Origin: Azolla caroliniana
Lineage: Eukaryota; Plantae; Polypodiophyta
Reading direction: 5' to 3'
Assembly: GCA_043228905.1 (NCBI GenBank)
Contig: JBHGNT010000004.1
Span: 18,166,001-18,230,000, forward strand
DNA: 64,000 nt
Both the position numbers and the translations under genes were made by a program. Position 1 is the first letter of the stretch, and every line of letters starts with the position of its first letter. Under the pieces are notes generated by a model that saw only the letters and a program-made list of their open reading frames with translations, searched no databases and was not told the DNA's origin. Positions 8,941 to 22,400 of this stretch are shown piece by piece.

Positions 8941-11900
8941 CTTGCACATTTACAAGCATTTACACAACATCAACACATAAACACATAACTACTTAAACAC
9001 ATTTGCACATAACCCCTTACATTATTACACATTTGCAAGTGCACTCATACGCACATGTTTGCTTATACATATAAATTGAAAGATACTAAAGATACCTAGA
9101 AAGTGGATTTACTACTTGAGGGTAGTTTAGGTTGCTAAAAATATAATACCTATAATCACAAGCTTCACTTGCTGATCAACAACTTTGATTGAAATCATAC
9201 AAAGATTAATTAGAATATGAGTTGTTCTATTATCTTACGTACACCTATTTTCTTTATCTTAATTTTCATGCGACTAGGAGCCTCAATTTTCATCAAGTAC
9301 TTCATTTTGAAATTAAGCAATCACATTATTTGGGTTTCTAAGAGATATAGGCATATTTCGTACATTTTTCGGAAGTGTTAAGAACAATGCTCTAGTGTGT
9401 CTTCTATATATTTACAATGGCATTAACTTGAAAGATCCCAATATTATTAATTATTGATCGCCACATATCTTGAGCTTGCCTACACCATACATTAAGTATT
9501 GGTGATAATTGTTCAATGTTAGATTTTCTTGGGAAACATCATATGAATATATTTGGCTAAATTAATGTCGCTTAAGCCATAACCCCCCACCTACACAAGA
9601 ATACAATTTGTACCATTTCAAAATTGTCTCAAGATAGTCTTTTGCTCCAAGACATAGACATGAATAATGATGTCTCTATTAGCACTCAGGTGACAACTAT
9701 GATGTTCCTCTTTCATTAGTGTCTCCCCTATAGGGTTGCTTAGTAATTGGGATGTGTAGGGTCTCCACATGATTAGATTTTGAATTGATGTAGCAAACCT
9801 TGTAGAACGTGCTTCTATGAAACTACGTGTTATTTTATTTCACCATAGAAATTAGAAGTGTCAATCAATTATTTTCCATAGACCCTCATTGTCACAATTT
9901 CCCAAAATACCAATGTGTGTGTGTACAGTGCCAATAAGAGAATTTATAGAGAAAAAGAGATGATTGTGAGAAAATGTCTATCCATTCAATATTACTACTA
10001 GAGAAAGAAGGATATTTTTGGAAAATCTTAAAACAAAGAGTACTTTGATAATGGTTTTCTCATCAACTAATTGACGTGAACCATCTTAAAACTTGGACAT
10101 GTAACTCACAATACCATCAATAATAACACTTTAAGTTTATATGATATGCAACTATCAGTCTATTGTGAGGAGAACCTCATAAAGTATAAAATGCTTGATT
10201 GAAATGTAATGATGAAATTGCACTACAAGGATGTCCAAGGATACTTAAGGTCTAAAATGGTATCTTATTATAAAGGAGGAGAACAAAGGTTCTTCCACAC
10301 TATGACTTCTATAAATGATCAAAATAATAATATCTACACATGTTGAGGCTTTTTTGGCTCACTTGCAACAAGAGTATGTACATGCCCATTTGCTTCATGG
10401 ATGTTGTCTTCTTTGCATTGTGTCAATATTCAAGCTCAAGCATGTGATTAACATGTAAAGATGGGCCAAATTATGCAAGTATGTAAAGAGAAAATGGAAA
10501 CTATCAAACCATGCAAGAAAGTGCAAGTTTCATGCCATATGGAACAAAGGTATATTTTATAGGCGTTTTTTTGATAAGGTGGAGTTGTTTTACTCTACAC
10601 CGAAGTATTTATTTAAACTAATTGTTTTAAAACTTAACTTTAATAAAAGAAATACGGGTAATAACTATACATATGTATGTATTTCATGTACAACCCTTAG
10701 GGCGTTTCTTAATACTAATGTAGTATTTTTTCTTGGAAAAGAAAGTGCAAGATATGTATATGAGGAGTTGGATGAATGACACATTATATTTTGTTGTATC
10801 AAAACATATGAAATCACTCTTGTTGCTATATGGAGATTAAACGCTAAAAATAGCCAAAACCCACAAAGGAATAAAGTCTCTTGATTTGCTTACAAAAAGA
10901 CAAAGAAACTAAATGTGATTTCAAGGATTGTGCAAATAACATAGAGACAAAAATGGTGAATGAGATAAAGTTTTACTACAATTACAACAAACAAAAGTCC
11001 AACTATGGAAGTGTAGAGACTTACAAACAAGTTAGTATAGAGATTATCCTTAAAAATTTGGATAATCTCCCATGAACTATGTCTTTCATTCACAAATTTG
11101 ATTAAATGAAGTTTCATGCCAAATGCCTTGTTAAGGCTCCTTTACACTACAATGAAGGAAATTGGTAAATACACATTGGTGGACCGTGGCATACTATGTA
11201 CTCTCTCATCTCCAAATGATCATTCAATCAAAACAAAGATGATACCTCTCTCTAAAGGATTTTTCTACCAAGACCATGCCTTAGGCACACAATAATGTGT
11301 AAGAGGTAAAAAAAAGAAGCATCTCTAGTGCATATGAACCTCTAACACGTGAGACTTTTTGTTGGGCCAAACCATTTTTTTCCCTCTCAGTCCATCGTAA
11401 TGTGAATGGGGTTTCACTCAAGAAGTCATTGATGATTGACTGGCCAATATATCTCCAGTGAGCAAGGTAGAAAATGTATTTGAACGCATAAATTTGATCA
11501 AATGAGGTTGTATGACCAAGAGAATCCTTCCTAATTCACTAAATCCATAATCAAAGCAAGAGAGGAGCTAAGAATTGACGCATTTACATTTATAACCTTG
11601 GTGGGATGATGTTATACGACAAAATATCATCTTGAATCTACATTATCATTCCATTATAGATTTCGTCAGCCCAAGTGGCCCAGTGGCCCCCAATAGTGAA
11701 ATAAACTATAAATGAATGCACCAATACTTATAGAATTAAGTTGCACATCCAAGTTTGACATTATAAAACTAAATGTAAAATCAAATTTAAAACTAGTTTG
11801 CTCACATTTTTAAACGATAGTGGATAGTCGTCGCTTGTTGAACAAACTCTCTAATCCATGAAATTTATTGAGCTTATGCGGATGGAGAAACAATTTTTTA

Positions 11901-12559
11901 TATGTTATCATGATCGATTATTGTCTGAAACCAATTGACCCTAGATATGATTCAAACTAATGTCTAACTAATACATGCAGACTTGTGCATCATCATCTGT
12001 AGTTCACATACTCAAGCCAATCATACATCCAAGTTCGCAATGGACTAAGTCATATTAATAATGCATTTACAATCTAGGTTTCTTTTATTTGTGCTCGAGA
12101 TTGGCAAAATCACAACGACTAGTCGACATCTGGTTATGGAAATAAATTGGAATCTTGACCTGCGTACGACAATCAATAACGTAGATAAAGGTTGTCCCAA
12201 AGAACGATCTCATTGTCAAAGAGAGAGCTTGTCCCGGTTGTCGTGAGGTTTGGGTTTTGGCCAATTCATCTAAGCATCCAAAAAGCTCTCTAATAATAAC
12301 AAGAAGAATAAAGGGCAAGAAGACGCAAGAACAGAGCCGAAAGGTGTGGATATCCCACAAAGGATGCCGCCGAAGCTATAGAGACATTACGGTCGGTCGG
12401 ATGGTTCCAAGTATTATGACTAGAAAAAGACACCTTATTGAGTGTGGGCGAGAGGGTATTGTCTTCAAACCCTCGGTTGAGTGAGGGGTATTATTCATAA
12501 TAACATAAAAGGTAAAGTCTTTTCACATCTCTCCCATAACATAACATGAGAGCTCAATA

Positions 12560-12835
12560 GTAGTAGTAGAGTACCTAGGAGCTCTTCCTTTCCCTACTCT
12601 TCTTCTTCTTCTTCTTCTCCTGCAAAAGGCGAGGTAAGCCCTGTTTTTCTCCCCCCTCTCCCCCCCTCTCTGTTTCTTCTTCTTCTTCTTCTTCTTCTTC
12701 TCCTTCCTTTTTGAAATTTGTGGGTGTTTTCCTCGCTTCAATGGATTTTCTTGGGAACATGTCTCAAGGTTTTTTTTTTTTGTTCCCCCCCCCCCCCCCC
12801 CCCCCGTTTATGCTCTGTTGTTTCTTCTTCTTCAG
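12560..12835 (+). other. Putative BTF3 5' UTR exon and leader intron (12634-12835)
   Basis: CT-rich leader, donor GAG|GTAAG at 12634, and acceptor TTCAG immediately before the ATG. Confidence 0.65.
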
Positions 12836-14941
12836 ATGGACAGAGAAAAGCTTATGAAGATGGCTACTGCAGTCCGTACTGGTGGCAAAGGAACTGTGAG
12901 AAGGTATTTTAGTTCTATTTTATTTAAGTATTATTAGATGAAGTCGAAGAAATGGTCAAAGTTCGTTAAATTGGTGCTAGAAATGCTAGTGAATTTGTAA
13001 ATGAAGGTTAAATTGTTATAAAAGATGTTGAATTAAGGCTAAAAATGATACAAAAAGCCGTCGATTTAAGGCGTAAAATGATCTAAGGTTTAGATTAAGG
13101 TTAGAAAATGATGTAAAAGATGTTAGATTAAGGGTAAAATTACCAAAGATGCTGAATGGAAATGGAGCAAAAGACACTAGACTAAGGTTTAAATCATGTA
13201 AAAGAGATAAGGTTAGGGTTAAAGTAGCATAAAAGGCATGAGAAGGAGGTAGTTAGAATGATTCAAAAGATGAATGTTAACTTGAGACGGAAAGTGCTAG
13301 ATTTTAAAGTTAAAATGATAAAAATATGTTCAGATAGTTTACAATTGATGCAAGAATTTTAGGGTTAAAAAGATCAAAAGATGTTAAATCAAAGTGGCGA
13401 ATAATACAATTGATGTTAGATCTTCAGGTTAAAATGATAACGCATTAATGTATGGTAGCTCAAATGATGGAAATATGTTAAATCAAAATTTAAAATGGTC
13501 TAAACATGTTAGATTAAGGTAGTTAAAAATTGATAAAAAAATGTTGTTGAAGATCGATATGATACTGAAAAAGAAAATGATAAAAATATGTTCAGATAGT
13601 TTACAATTGATGCAAGAATTTTAGGGTTAAAAAGATCAAAAGATGTTAAATCAAAGCGGCAAATAATACAATTGATGTTAGATCTTCAGGTTAAAATGAT
13701 AATGCATTAATGTATGGTAGCCCAAATGATGGAAATATGTTAAATCAAAATTTAAAATGGTCTAAACATGTTAGATTAAGGTAGTTAAAAATTGATAAAA
13801 AAATGTTGTTGAAGATCGATATGATACTGAAAAAAGGTATTTATCTGTCATGCTATTGTTTTCATTTCTGGGTTTTTCTATATAGAAAAAAGAAGGTTGT
13901 TCACAAGACAGTCACCACTGATGATAAGAGACTGCAAAGTACACTAAAGAGATTGGGCGTGAATTCCATTCCTGGAATCGAAGAAGTCAATATCTTTAAA
14001 GATGATTCTGTTATTCACTTCACTAATCCTAAGGGTAAACAGATCCCTGAAGATCTTATTAGAAATTTGCCTTTTTGTTTTCATTTTTCTAGATTTGGAT
14101 TTATGCTTATGCTGGTGTTTATACCAATCTTTTTTGATTCAATAAACACCAGCATTTGATTCAATAAACATTTGAATTTTTGTTTCCTTATGAAAGTTTT
14201 ACTATGTCTGTTTTTTCATTTGTCAGTACAAGCATCCATTGCAGCGAATACATGGGTTTTTAGTGGATCACCTCAAACAAAAAGTAATTTATCTTCTTTT
14301 ATATTTTTGTTTGGCACTTTTTCATTTCCTTTTCACCATTCCTTGATTTATGGTCATGATTATGATAATGTAGTTAATTGAACATCATTGTGATTAAGAA
14401 ATAATTAGAATCAAGGCATTACTGATTGAGTTAAAAGCTCTGTATCCAACCATAATCTCATATTTGTAAGTGTAAATATTCATCATCATTCAGCTTTCGT
14501 TTGCATGTAATGCCATATTTTCAAACACAAATTGAGTTTATACTATGTGTGTGTACATGTTCATTCATCTTGATATAGCATTTACTCCCAACGAATTGGT
14601 GATGAGACTCTTAACAAAATCTTTTAATGCTATGCTTTTAGGGCTCCAAGATCTTTTACCCGGAATTATAAACCAACTAGGTAATTCTCATGTCTTCATT
14701 GAGTTATGGTAGCTCAAATGGCAAATCTCTTGAGTGTTTATTGTGAACCTAACTTATGTATTTTGTTTGTTCTTGCTCTTTTTTAAATGTAGGACCTGAC
14801 AACTTGGCAAATTTGAAAAAAATTGCTGAACAATACCAACGGCGTGAATCAATCCCAGAAGGTGAGGAGGATAATGATGATGTTCCAGAACTTGTTGAAG
14901 GGGAAACATTTGAAGAGGTTTCTAAAGATGAGAATGCATAG
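12836..14941 (+). CDS. BTF3: BTF3 / nascent polypeptide-associated complex beta subunit, 153 aa; exons 12836-12903, 13886-14034, 14227-14283, 14642-14680, 14793-14941
   Basis: Spliced translation [118 protein letters not shown]...[14 protein letters not shown]; all introns GT-AG and phases consistent (462 nt). Confidence 0.96.
13312..13835. repeat. Near-perfect 262-bp tandem duplication in a BTF3 intron, within a degenerate ~30-bp AT-rich repeat array (about 12950-13835)
   Basis: 13312-13573 matches 13574-13835 with few substitutions. Confidence 0.9.
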
Positions 14942-16319
14942 ATTTTACAAATGTGTAAAATAATTTGGAGTGTGCTAACATCGCATTTTTTTCAAGTATT
15001 GTTTCTTTTTTTGTCGTCAAATTTTTGGCTTTCGGCTTGAAATCTTTGCAAGGATGATTTTGGTTACATCTTATTCAAGGAGCATTTTTCTTCATATTTA
15101 GTGAGAGATTTATGCTTATGCGGGTGTTGATACCAATCTTTTTGAATCAAATGGATTGCTAGTTGTCCAGTGTATAAATCTGTGTAGGTTGATGTTTTGT
15201 AGATGAATGCCTAAATGTTTGGTGTAACATATGATGCTGTTATTTTGGTTTCACATTCGGTGATAGAGTTATCAAAATAATATTTTCTTACATTGACAAC
15301 CTAAGCATCGCATCTGGTGATCATTTCTATATCTACTTGGAAAAGTTTTGAAGACGTTTGATAAAGTTTATTGGATTACATGTGAAATTGTTAGGAAATT
15401 CCTTGTATCTATGTGAAATTATGAATGGTTTCATGTCTTTCTACTAAATTATGCCCTTGCTTTTAGGATATAAAGAGTAAGGTTAGGTGATGGTTTTAAT
15501 ATTTTTGACATGTCAACCAAATGATTAGCATTAGGAGCCATTGCAGCATGTCATTCGATTTTTGTTGAACATATGTTAGTATCACAATGTTAAATGAAAG
15601 TACCTATCTTAAGATAGATGGATTTTATTATCTTCAATGGAAATCAAATATGACCTATGGATTGAAACTGAATCATTTTTGCAGAGTTCAGTAGTGATTC
15701 TCAATGTTCAAGAATTTTATTGATGAATGTTGCAATCAAGAGACTACATTGTGATTGTAAGAGGAGTGTGACAATTGGTGGAATGCAAACTTGAATGTGG
15801 TTGAATGTAGTGCATTGTATTGAAGTGTCATAATCTTTGATTCTTGTGCTTGTTTAGGTAGATTTGGCCAAGTGGATCTTGTGCATTGGGAAAATGGTCG
15901 ATGGTGCATTTATATGGGTAAAGAGGTGGTAATTTGGTTGCATTAGCCTATTCAAAGGCATTGACAAGGTCATCAAACTCTATGGAACCATAGGCTAGTT
16001 GATGGTGGGGATTATAGAAGTGCAAGTAGCAGCCATTGGTAAGTGAATAGTATCCATGACCAAATCAATCCATGGGGTGCAGTCCTCGAGCGATAGGGTA
16101 CCAAACAAAATGTGCGTATGGGGACACTTCATGACATCAAACCCCAACCCTTTAACATAGTTTTGTTTGGTCATGTGTAACGACTATGTTTTGTGCACAA
16201 TCAATGGCAAGGCATATCCATTGGTGGTTGCTCCAGATAGTTGCAAATATTTACTTTTCTTGAATGGTATACCAACAATGAGTAGAATCAAGTTTTTTAC
16301 TCTCAAATGCTATTGATTT

Positions 16320-16749
16320 ACCGTCTTGACTCATATCATGATCACTTGCATCGGTTTCAACCTGGAAAGGTTTTGAAGGATTTGGTAAAAGAAGAGGAGC
16401 CTTGCACACCTGGTCCTTGAGTTCCTTAAAGGTGAGGTTTATGTAGCATTCTATACTATAGGTTTTATAGACTTACGTGGTTGACCTTTCAGAAGATCAA
16501 TAAATGGCATCTTCAATTGGGAGTAATTGTGAAGAGATTTTCGCAAAAAACTAACAAAACCAAAGAATGATCGAACTTCTCGAATATTTTGAAGAGTGGG
16601 TCAAAGTTTGACTTTCTTGATACGAGAAAGATCAATTTCGACTCCTCTTTCGGTATGAGATGTCCGAGATATGTAATTAATTTCTTGAAGAACTCACATT
16701 TCAAGATCTTCACGTAGAACTGTTTGTCTCGCAATGTTTGTAAAACAAT
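16320..16749 (-). pseudogene. Decayed Ty3/gypsy RT-RNase H remnant
   Basis: LRDKQFYVKILKCEF...ITYLGHLI and FKELKDQVCKAPLLLPNPSKPFQVETDASD. Confidence 0.7.
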
Positions 16750-17463
16750 TGTCGAGACTTATGGGTAAGAGATAAAGCGAGAGCGAGAGCGAGAGCAAGA
16801 GAGAGAGAGAGTGTGTGTGTGTGCGTGAGAGAGAGAGAGAGAGAGAGAGTGAGTGAGAGATAAGACTTGAAATAGAAATGAGATTATATTATGATGAAAC
16901 AAGATTACAATGAGTAGGCTAAGGGCTAAAGACTGGTGTTGAGCCGAATGAGTTGAAATGAATGTATGGACACTTATTTATAGATCCTTATGGAGTATTT
17001 TAGAATGTTCTAGAATATTTTAGATTTTTATGATAAGAAATATAATCATGAAATATTAAAGGATGTTCTAGAATAATCTAGAATGTTCTAGAATATTCTA
17101 AATATCTTGTAATAACTAAAAATATAATTATTATAATCACACAACATATATGTTTTTTACAATGGTTAAGGGTTCAACACATAGACCAAGAAGTCGTGGG
17201 TTCAATTCTTGATAAGCCAAAATGTTGTCTTCATGACATTATCCCCGCTTTTGATGACGAGTTCCACGAGTCGAAAGACAAGAGTTCAGACTTGGTTTAT
17301 GGGGATATTTGTCGTGAAATACAACAACCATGTCGGAGGCATTAGCAAGATGCTCGGCAAGCTCCCATGTTCGATCATTAGGTGTATAACCTAACCAATC
17401 AACCAAATAATATAGTTTGTTGCGGATGATCTTGGAGTCGAGAATGGCAACAACCTCATATTC
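16750..17463 (-). mobile_element. 3' end of a chromovirus (Tcn1-like): chromodomain 17239-17463, PPT, and 3' LTR 16750-17238
   Basis: EYEVVAILDSKIIRNKLYYLVDWLGYTPNDRTWELAEHLANASDMVVVFHDKYP; PPT AAAAGCGGGGATAA followed by TGTCATG...CTCGACA. Confidence 0.85.
17001..17100. promoter_or_regulatory. Heat-shock element arrays (nGAAnnTTCn) in the LTR U3 region
   Basis: aGAAtgTTCtaGAAtaTTCta at 17080-17100 and aGAAtgTTCtaGAAt at 17002-17016; minus-strand TATA CTATAAATAA at 16974-16983. Confidence 0.7.
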
Positions 17464-17476
17464 AGACGAGAAGCCG

Positions 17477-17768
17477 GTTGTGGCCGGTCACGATTCTCGA
17501 CAGTTAGAACAAGAAAAGCTTTCTATATCTCTCTCTCTCTATACAACTACACTATATCAACAACAACACAAAACAATGTTGCCCTAGTTATATTTATACA
17601 TATCTAACTTTGGGGCTATTTACAAATATGACCTGAAACAATCACATCAGAACATATACATAAACTAATGTCTGACCAGATACCAACCGAATCCATCCGG
17701 TCCGGTCCTTTCCTTCGGCTCATCTGGTTCTCACCTGAATCCCATCCGGAGGGACCTGTTTCCCAACA
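17477..17768 (-). mobile_element. Copia-type LTR fragment (starts TGTTGGGAAA on the minus strand)
   Basis: Shares ttgcccta...tttggggctatttacaaatat with the Copia-A LTR; left boundary uncertain. Confidence 0.55.
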
Positions 17769-19358
17769 GCTTCTTGAGTCGACAGACTACTGTCGGGTGT
17801 TTACCTTATTCGAAACTAGGAAGTTGAATCATGAAGACCTCCTCTTCTAATTCACCTTGTAAGAAGGCGTTCTTTACATCCATCCATTTGGTGGAGGTGC
17901 CACCCTTTTGCAACTGCAAGAGCAATGACTGTCCAAATAGTCGTCATCTTTGCCCTTGAGGCAAATGTCTCCTCATAATCGACTCTGTGTGTTTGAGCAT
18001 ATCCGTTAGCTACTAACGCGGAAATAACACTCGGCCACAACCGAGTCTTAGAATAGCGAATGGAAGAGAGTAAACTGAAAATAAGATGACATAGAATGTT
18101 AACGTGGAACCCTAAATGGGAAAAACCACAGGAGCCCACAACTCCAACTATCATTATGAGGGGAGGAATACAATGTGAGACTCAGAGGCAACGACCTCGA
18201 GCTCTATGTCTTCGCCAACTGGCAGTTACAACAGAAACTAGTTCCGTATCTCTCTCTCTCGCTTTCTCACAATCTGTGTACAACGATGATACAACCACCA
18301 CTACACCATATTTTCCTAAAGTGATTGCCCTAAGTCATAGTTGTACTTATATGACTTTTGGGCTATTTACAAATATAACCTCATTAGGATAACCATGAAA
18401 CATATTTACACATATGTCCTTCGATCCGGTTTCCAGGTCTCATCCGGAACCCTTCCAGATCTGGTTCCTTCATCCAACTCATCCGATCCGGGTCCTCCGG
18501 TTCTCATCCAGACCCCATCCGGAGGGACCGAATTCCTAACAAACTCCCCCTTCACTCCAGCATGGGATTTCTCGTTAATCCAATCCGTTTTCGGCACGTG
18601 TCCAGTTTGTTAGCTGACAGCACCTTGGTTAGCATATCCGATCCGTTCTCCTTCGTGTGGATCCTCGTCAGCGCGAAGTCTTGATCTTCTACTCTCTCCC
18701 AAATCCAATGATACCTCTGCTTGATGTGTTTCGTCCAAGAATGGTAGGCCGCATTCTTCGCAAGGTGGATGGCACTTTGACTGTCGCTGTAGAGCCGGAA
18801 TTCCTCCAGTCGGATCCCTAGCTCTCCGATGAAGTCCTTCATCCAGATTATCTCCTTATCGGCTTCCACAACTGCCATGTACTCCGCTTCCGTTTTCGAC
18901 AATGCAACGGACTTCTACAGCCTCGACTGCCATGATACAGCTCCCCTCGCATAAGCCATGACATATGCGGATGTAGACCGACTAGTATCCGAATCCGTGA
19001 ATCCATCAAGTTGGGGTTTACCGGAGGCACATACTCGAGGTGCCTTTAAGATATCGGAGTATCCACTTGAGGTAGCATATGATTTCTCATGAACCGGTTG
19101 ACTACTCCGACAACATATGCAATATCCGGCCGGGTGCACACCATTGCGTACATTAAGTTTCCGACGGTAGAGGCATATTGTATCTTCGTCATATCCGACT
19201 TCTCTGCCTTTGACTTCAGGCTCTGCTTTCCGGACAACTTGCAATTTGCTAGAAGTGTTGATCCGATCGGTTTCGCCTCCGACATGTTGAACCTTTGAAG
19301 CAACTTTGTCACGTACTTCTCCACACATGTCTTATGCCGATGATTCGGCAGGTACCTT

Positions 19359-19399
19359 TGTAAAAGATTGCTTGCGGAAGCGTTAGAAAGAACACTACA

Positions 19400-19433
<34 letters not shown>

Positions 19434-22400
19434 AGGACACACTATTTTTCAAAATTATATGAATACTCTGTGCGCTCTGTATATTTTTCTACAACACGCT
19501 CATCAACGCTATTTATACAAGTCCACACGGGACTGTTAGAGGTACGGTGTACTTCAATGCTCACACGAGCATCTGACACTAACTACGAGACTATAACTGC
19601 CTAGTAGTCTAACCTATACTAGGCTTCCGGTTACGGATTGGATCCGGCCTACCGGCTCCCTAGCTCACTGGTCCTTACTTCTTACCGGCTCGGTTGCTCA
19701 CCGACATACCAATTCCTCTTGCTTACCGGCTCAGGCTTATTCAGCCGATCCGGCTCCAGTTGAGCTTGCCGCTCAACACTCCCCCTCAAGCTCAACCTGA
19801 GGTAGGGTCGTAGTGTCAACCTCTGTGGTAGCTGGTTCTTCCAACCGACTTCTCCTGGCGTCGCTTCGCCTTGCTCGCGCTCCTTGTCCGGTCCCGTTTG
19901 TTGCGACCACTTTGGTTCTGCGTGCCTTGACCTTCGACATGTCTGCTCAATAGGCCCATCTCAGCTCCTTCGCTGCTATGACTTCGGCGCTTGCCGATCT
20001 GTCGGTTCCTCCGCGATGGCATCAACTTCCGCTGCGTCCGTGTCTCCTTGGCCTCTCGTTGATCCGACTCATCCGGATCCATCTGTTGATCCGAGTCGGC
20101 TGTCTCCGACTCGTTCCAGCTCTCGTCCGAATCGGTATCCTCCGATTCGATTTTCGGCTTCATGCCTCTCACCACATCGGACCACGTCCGGGTCTTGGCC
20201 TTCTCCGTGCTTCTCTTGGCTTCTTCAGCCGGTTCACCGAAGTCGAATTCTTCATTCGACTCCGCATCATGGCCATTACGATCGTGATGACCTCCGCATA
20301 GCATGCACTTCTCTTCCTGAGTGTACACTTCTTCTTCACAGCTGCTCACTCCGACCTGTTCGGATGTGCGGACTTCCTTCGTCGACTCGGCTTCATTTTT
20401 CTTCTTGTCTCCACCTCTACCGGTTCTTTTCTTACCTACGGGTTCAACAGTCTTTTTGCCTTTGCCCGTTTTGGTAGTGTCTTTGCCCTTGCGTCTCCCC
20501 CTCAAGTGCGGCACGTCGAGATGCTGAACACCAAGCATTTCGGTAAAGTTCTGCAACTTGTCCGACCCGAGCGGCTTGGTGAAGATGTCGGCAACTTGCC
20601 GATCTGTGTGAACATACCGTAGTTCAACTTCACCGCTTAGGACCCGCTCACGCATGAAGTGATAATGCACTTCTATGTGCTTTGTGCGAGCATGGAACAC
20701 AGGGTTCTTGGCGAGCTGCATGCTGCTGAGGTTATCGCAGTAGATCAAGATCGGGGTCGGTACCTCGATCCGTAGGTCTTGCAGTAGTCGTCGAAGCCAA
20801 ATGGCTTCGCAGGTGGCAACGGTCGCGCCCCGGTATTTAGCGTCAGTGCTGGATAGAGCCACTATTGGCTGCTTTTTGCTGCTCCACACAACAACCGCGC
20901 TCCCAAGAGAAAACATAAAGCCGGAAGCTGAGCGACGATCCGTTGCATCGCCAACCCAGTCAGCATCCGTGTAGCCGACAAGCTCTTCGGTTATACCTTG
21001 CCGGTATAAGAGCCCCCGGTCCTTAGTGCCGCTTATATACCTCAGTATTCGTTGCACGCATTGAAGGTGCTCCATGGTCGGCTTCTGCATGAATTGGCTT
21101 ACCACTCCGACTGGATAGCTAATGTCGGGTCGGGTGATGGTTAAATAGATCAGGCTTCCGACTATTTGTCGGAACCGTTTCTCATCGCAGGCTGGTCCGG
21201 AGATGGGACAGATCTTCTGATTCCGGTCCAGGGGTGTGGAGACAGGTCGGCATTCCGTCATGCCGAACTTGTACAGTGTATTCAACACATAATGGCGTTG
21301 AGAAAGCAATATGCCGTCGGGGGTGCGGATCACCTCGAGCCCCAAAAAATAATGAAGGTCCCACAAGTCCTTCATATCGAATGTGTCCGACAACTAGGAC
21401 TTGATGCGGTTGATTTCCGGAAGACCTGGGCCGGTGATGACTAAATCATCAACATAGAGTAAGATACATACCAGACCGTTTGAGCCTTGACGGATGAATA
21501 GGGAAGAGTCTGACTTAGAGGCAACAAACCCCATCTTTCGCAACCGGTGCGTGATCTTAGCATTCCAAGCACGGGGGGCTTGCTTCAAGCCGTACAACGA
21601 CTTCCTCAGCCGGTATACCGCCGACTTGTTCACCTCCGACTGAAATCCAGGGGGCTGAGTCATAAAGACTTCTTCTTCAAGATCTCCTTGAAGGAAGGCA
21701 TTCTTCACATCCATCTGATGAAGATGCCACCCCCTTGCCGCAGCAACCGCCAGTACCACACGAATCGTCGTCATCTTCGCTACAGGAGCGAAGGTCTCGT
21801 CGTAGTCGATTCCGTGGGTCTGCGCATATCCCTTCGTCACTAACTGGGCCTTGTACCGGTTAACTGTTCTGTCGGCATTGTACTTTATCTTGTACACCCA
21901 CTTGCATCCGATCGGTTTATAGTGACGGGGAGGGTCAACTAGGTCCCAAGTTCTGTTGGCATCCAATGCCCACATTTCTTCCTCCATAGCGGCACGCCAA
22001 TTTGCGTCCTTTACCGCTTATGCGTAGCTCTCCGGCTCACGCACTTCCGCGACCTTGGTCATGTACGCATAATGATGCGCCATGTACTCGTTATACCCGT
22101 ACTGTTTAACGGGATCTTTCTGGCGGGTGGACCGGCGTAACTCACCGTTACCCGGTATGAGACCCTTCTTGGCCGGTTCGGTCTTCGTTCCCGAAGATCT
22201 GCCTATGTCCTTGCCGAAGTTAGATACGCACCAATCCGACTCATCATTGCCGGTCTCGAATTCCGGCATCTTCTGCTTCCCTTTCTCTTTGCGTGTGAAC
22301 CGTCTCCTCGGTTCCTTGCGCTGGGAGAGCACGATAGAGTCTCCACTACTCGCCGTCTCATCATCCGATTGGTTGGATTGATCCAGTCCCTCATTCGGTC

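Noticed and set aside
10200-11600. Possible decayed DNA-transposon (MULE/SWIM-like CxC...CxxH) fragments
   Set aside because: Only scattered Cys/His spacing with many stops; no terminal repeats or convincing motif found by eye
12523-12912. Poly-K/E/P ORFs near BTF3
   Set aside because: Translations of CTT microsatellites and a poly-C run in the UTR and leader intron
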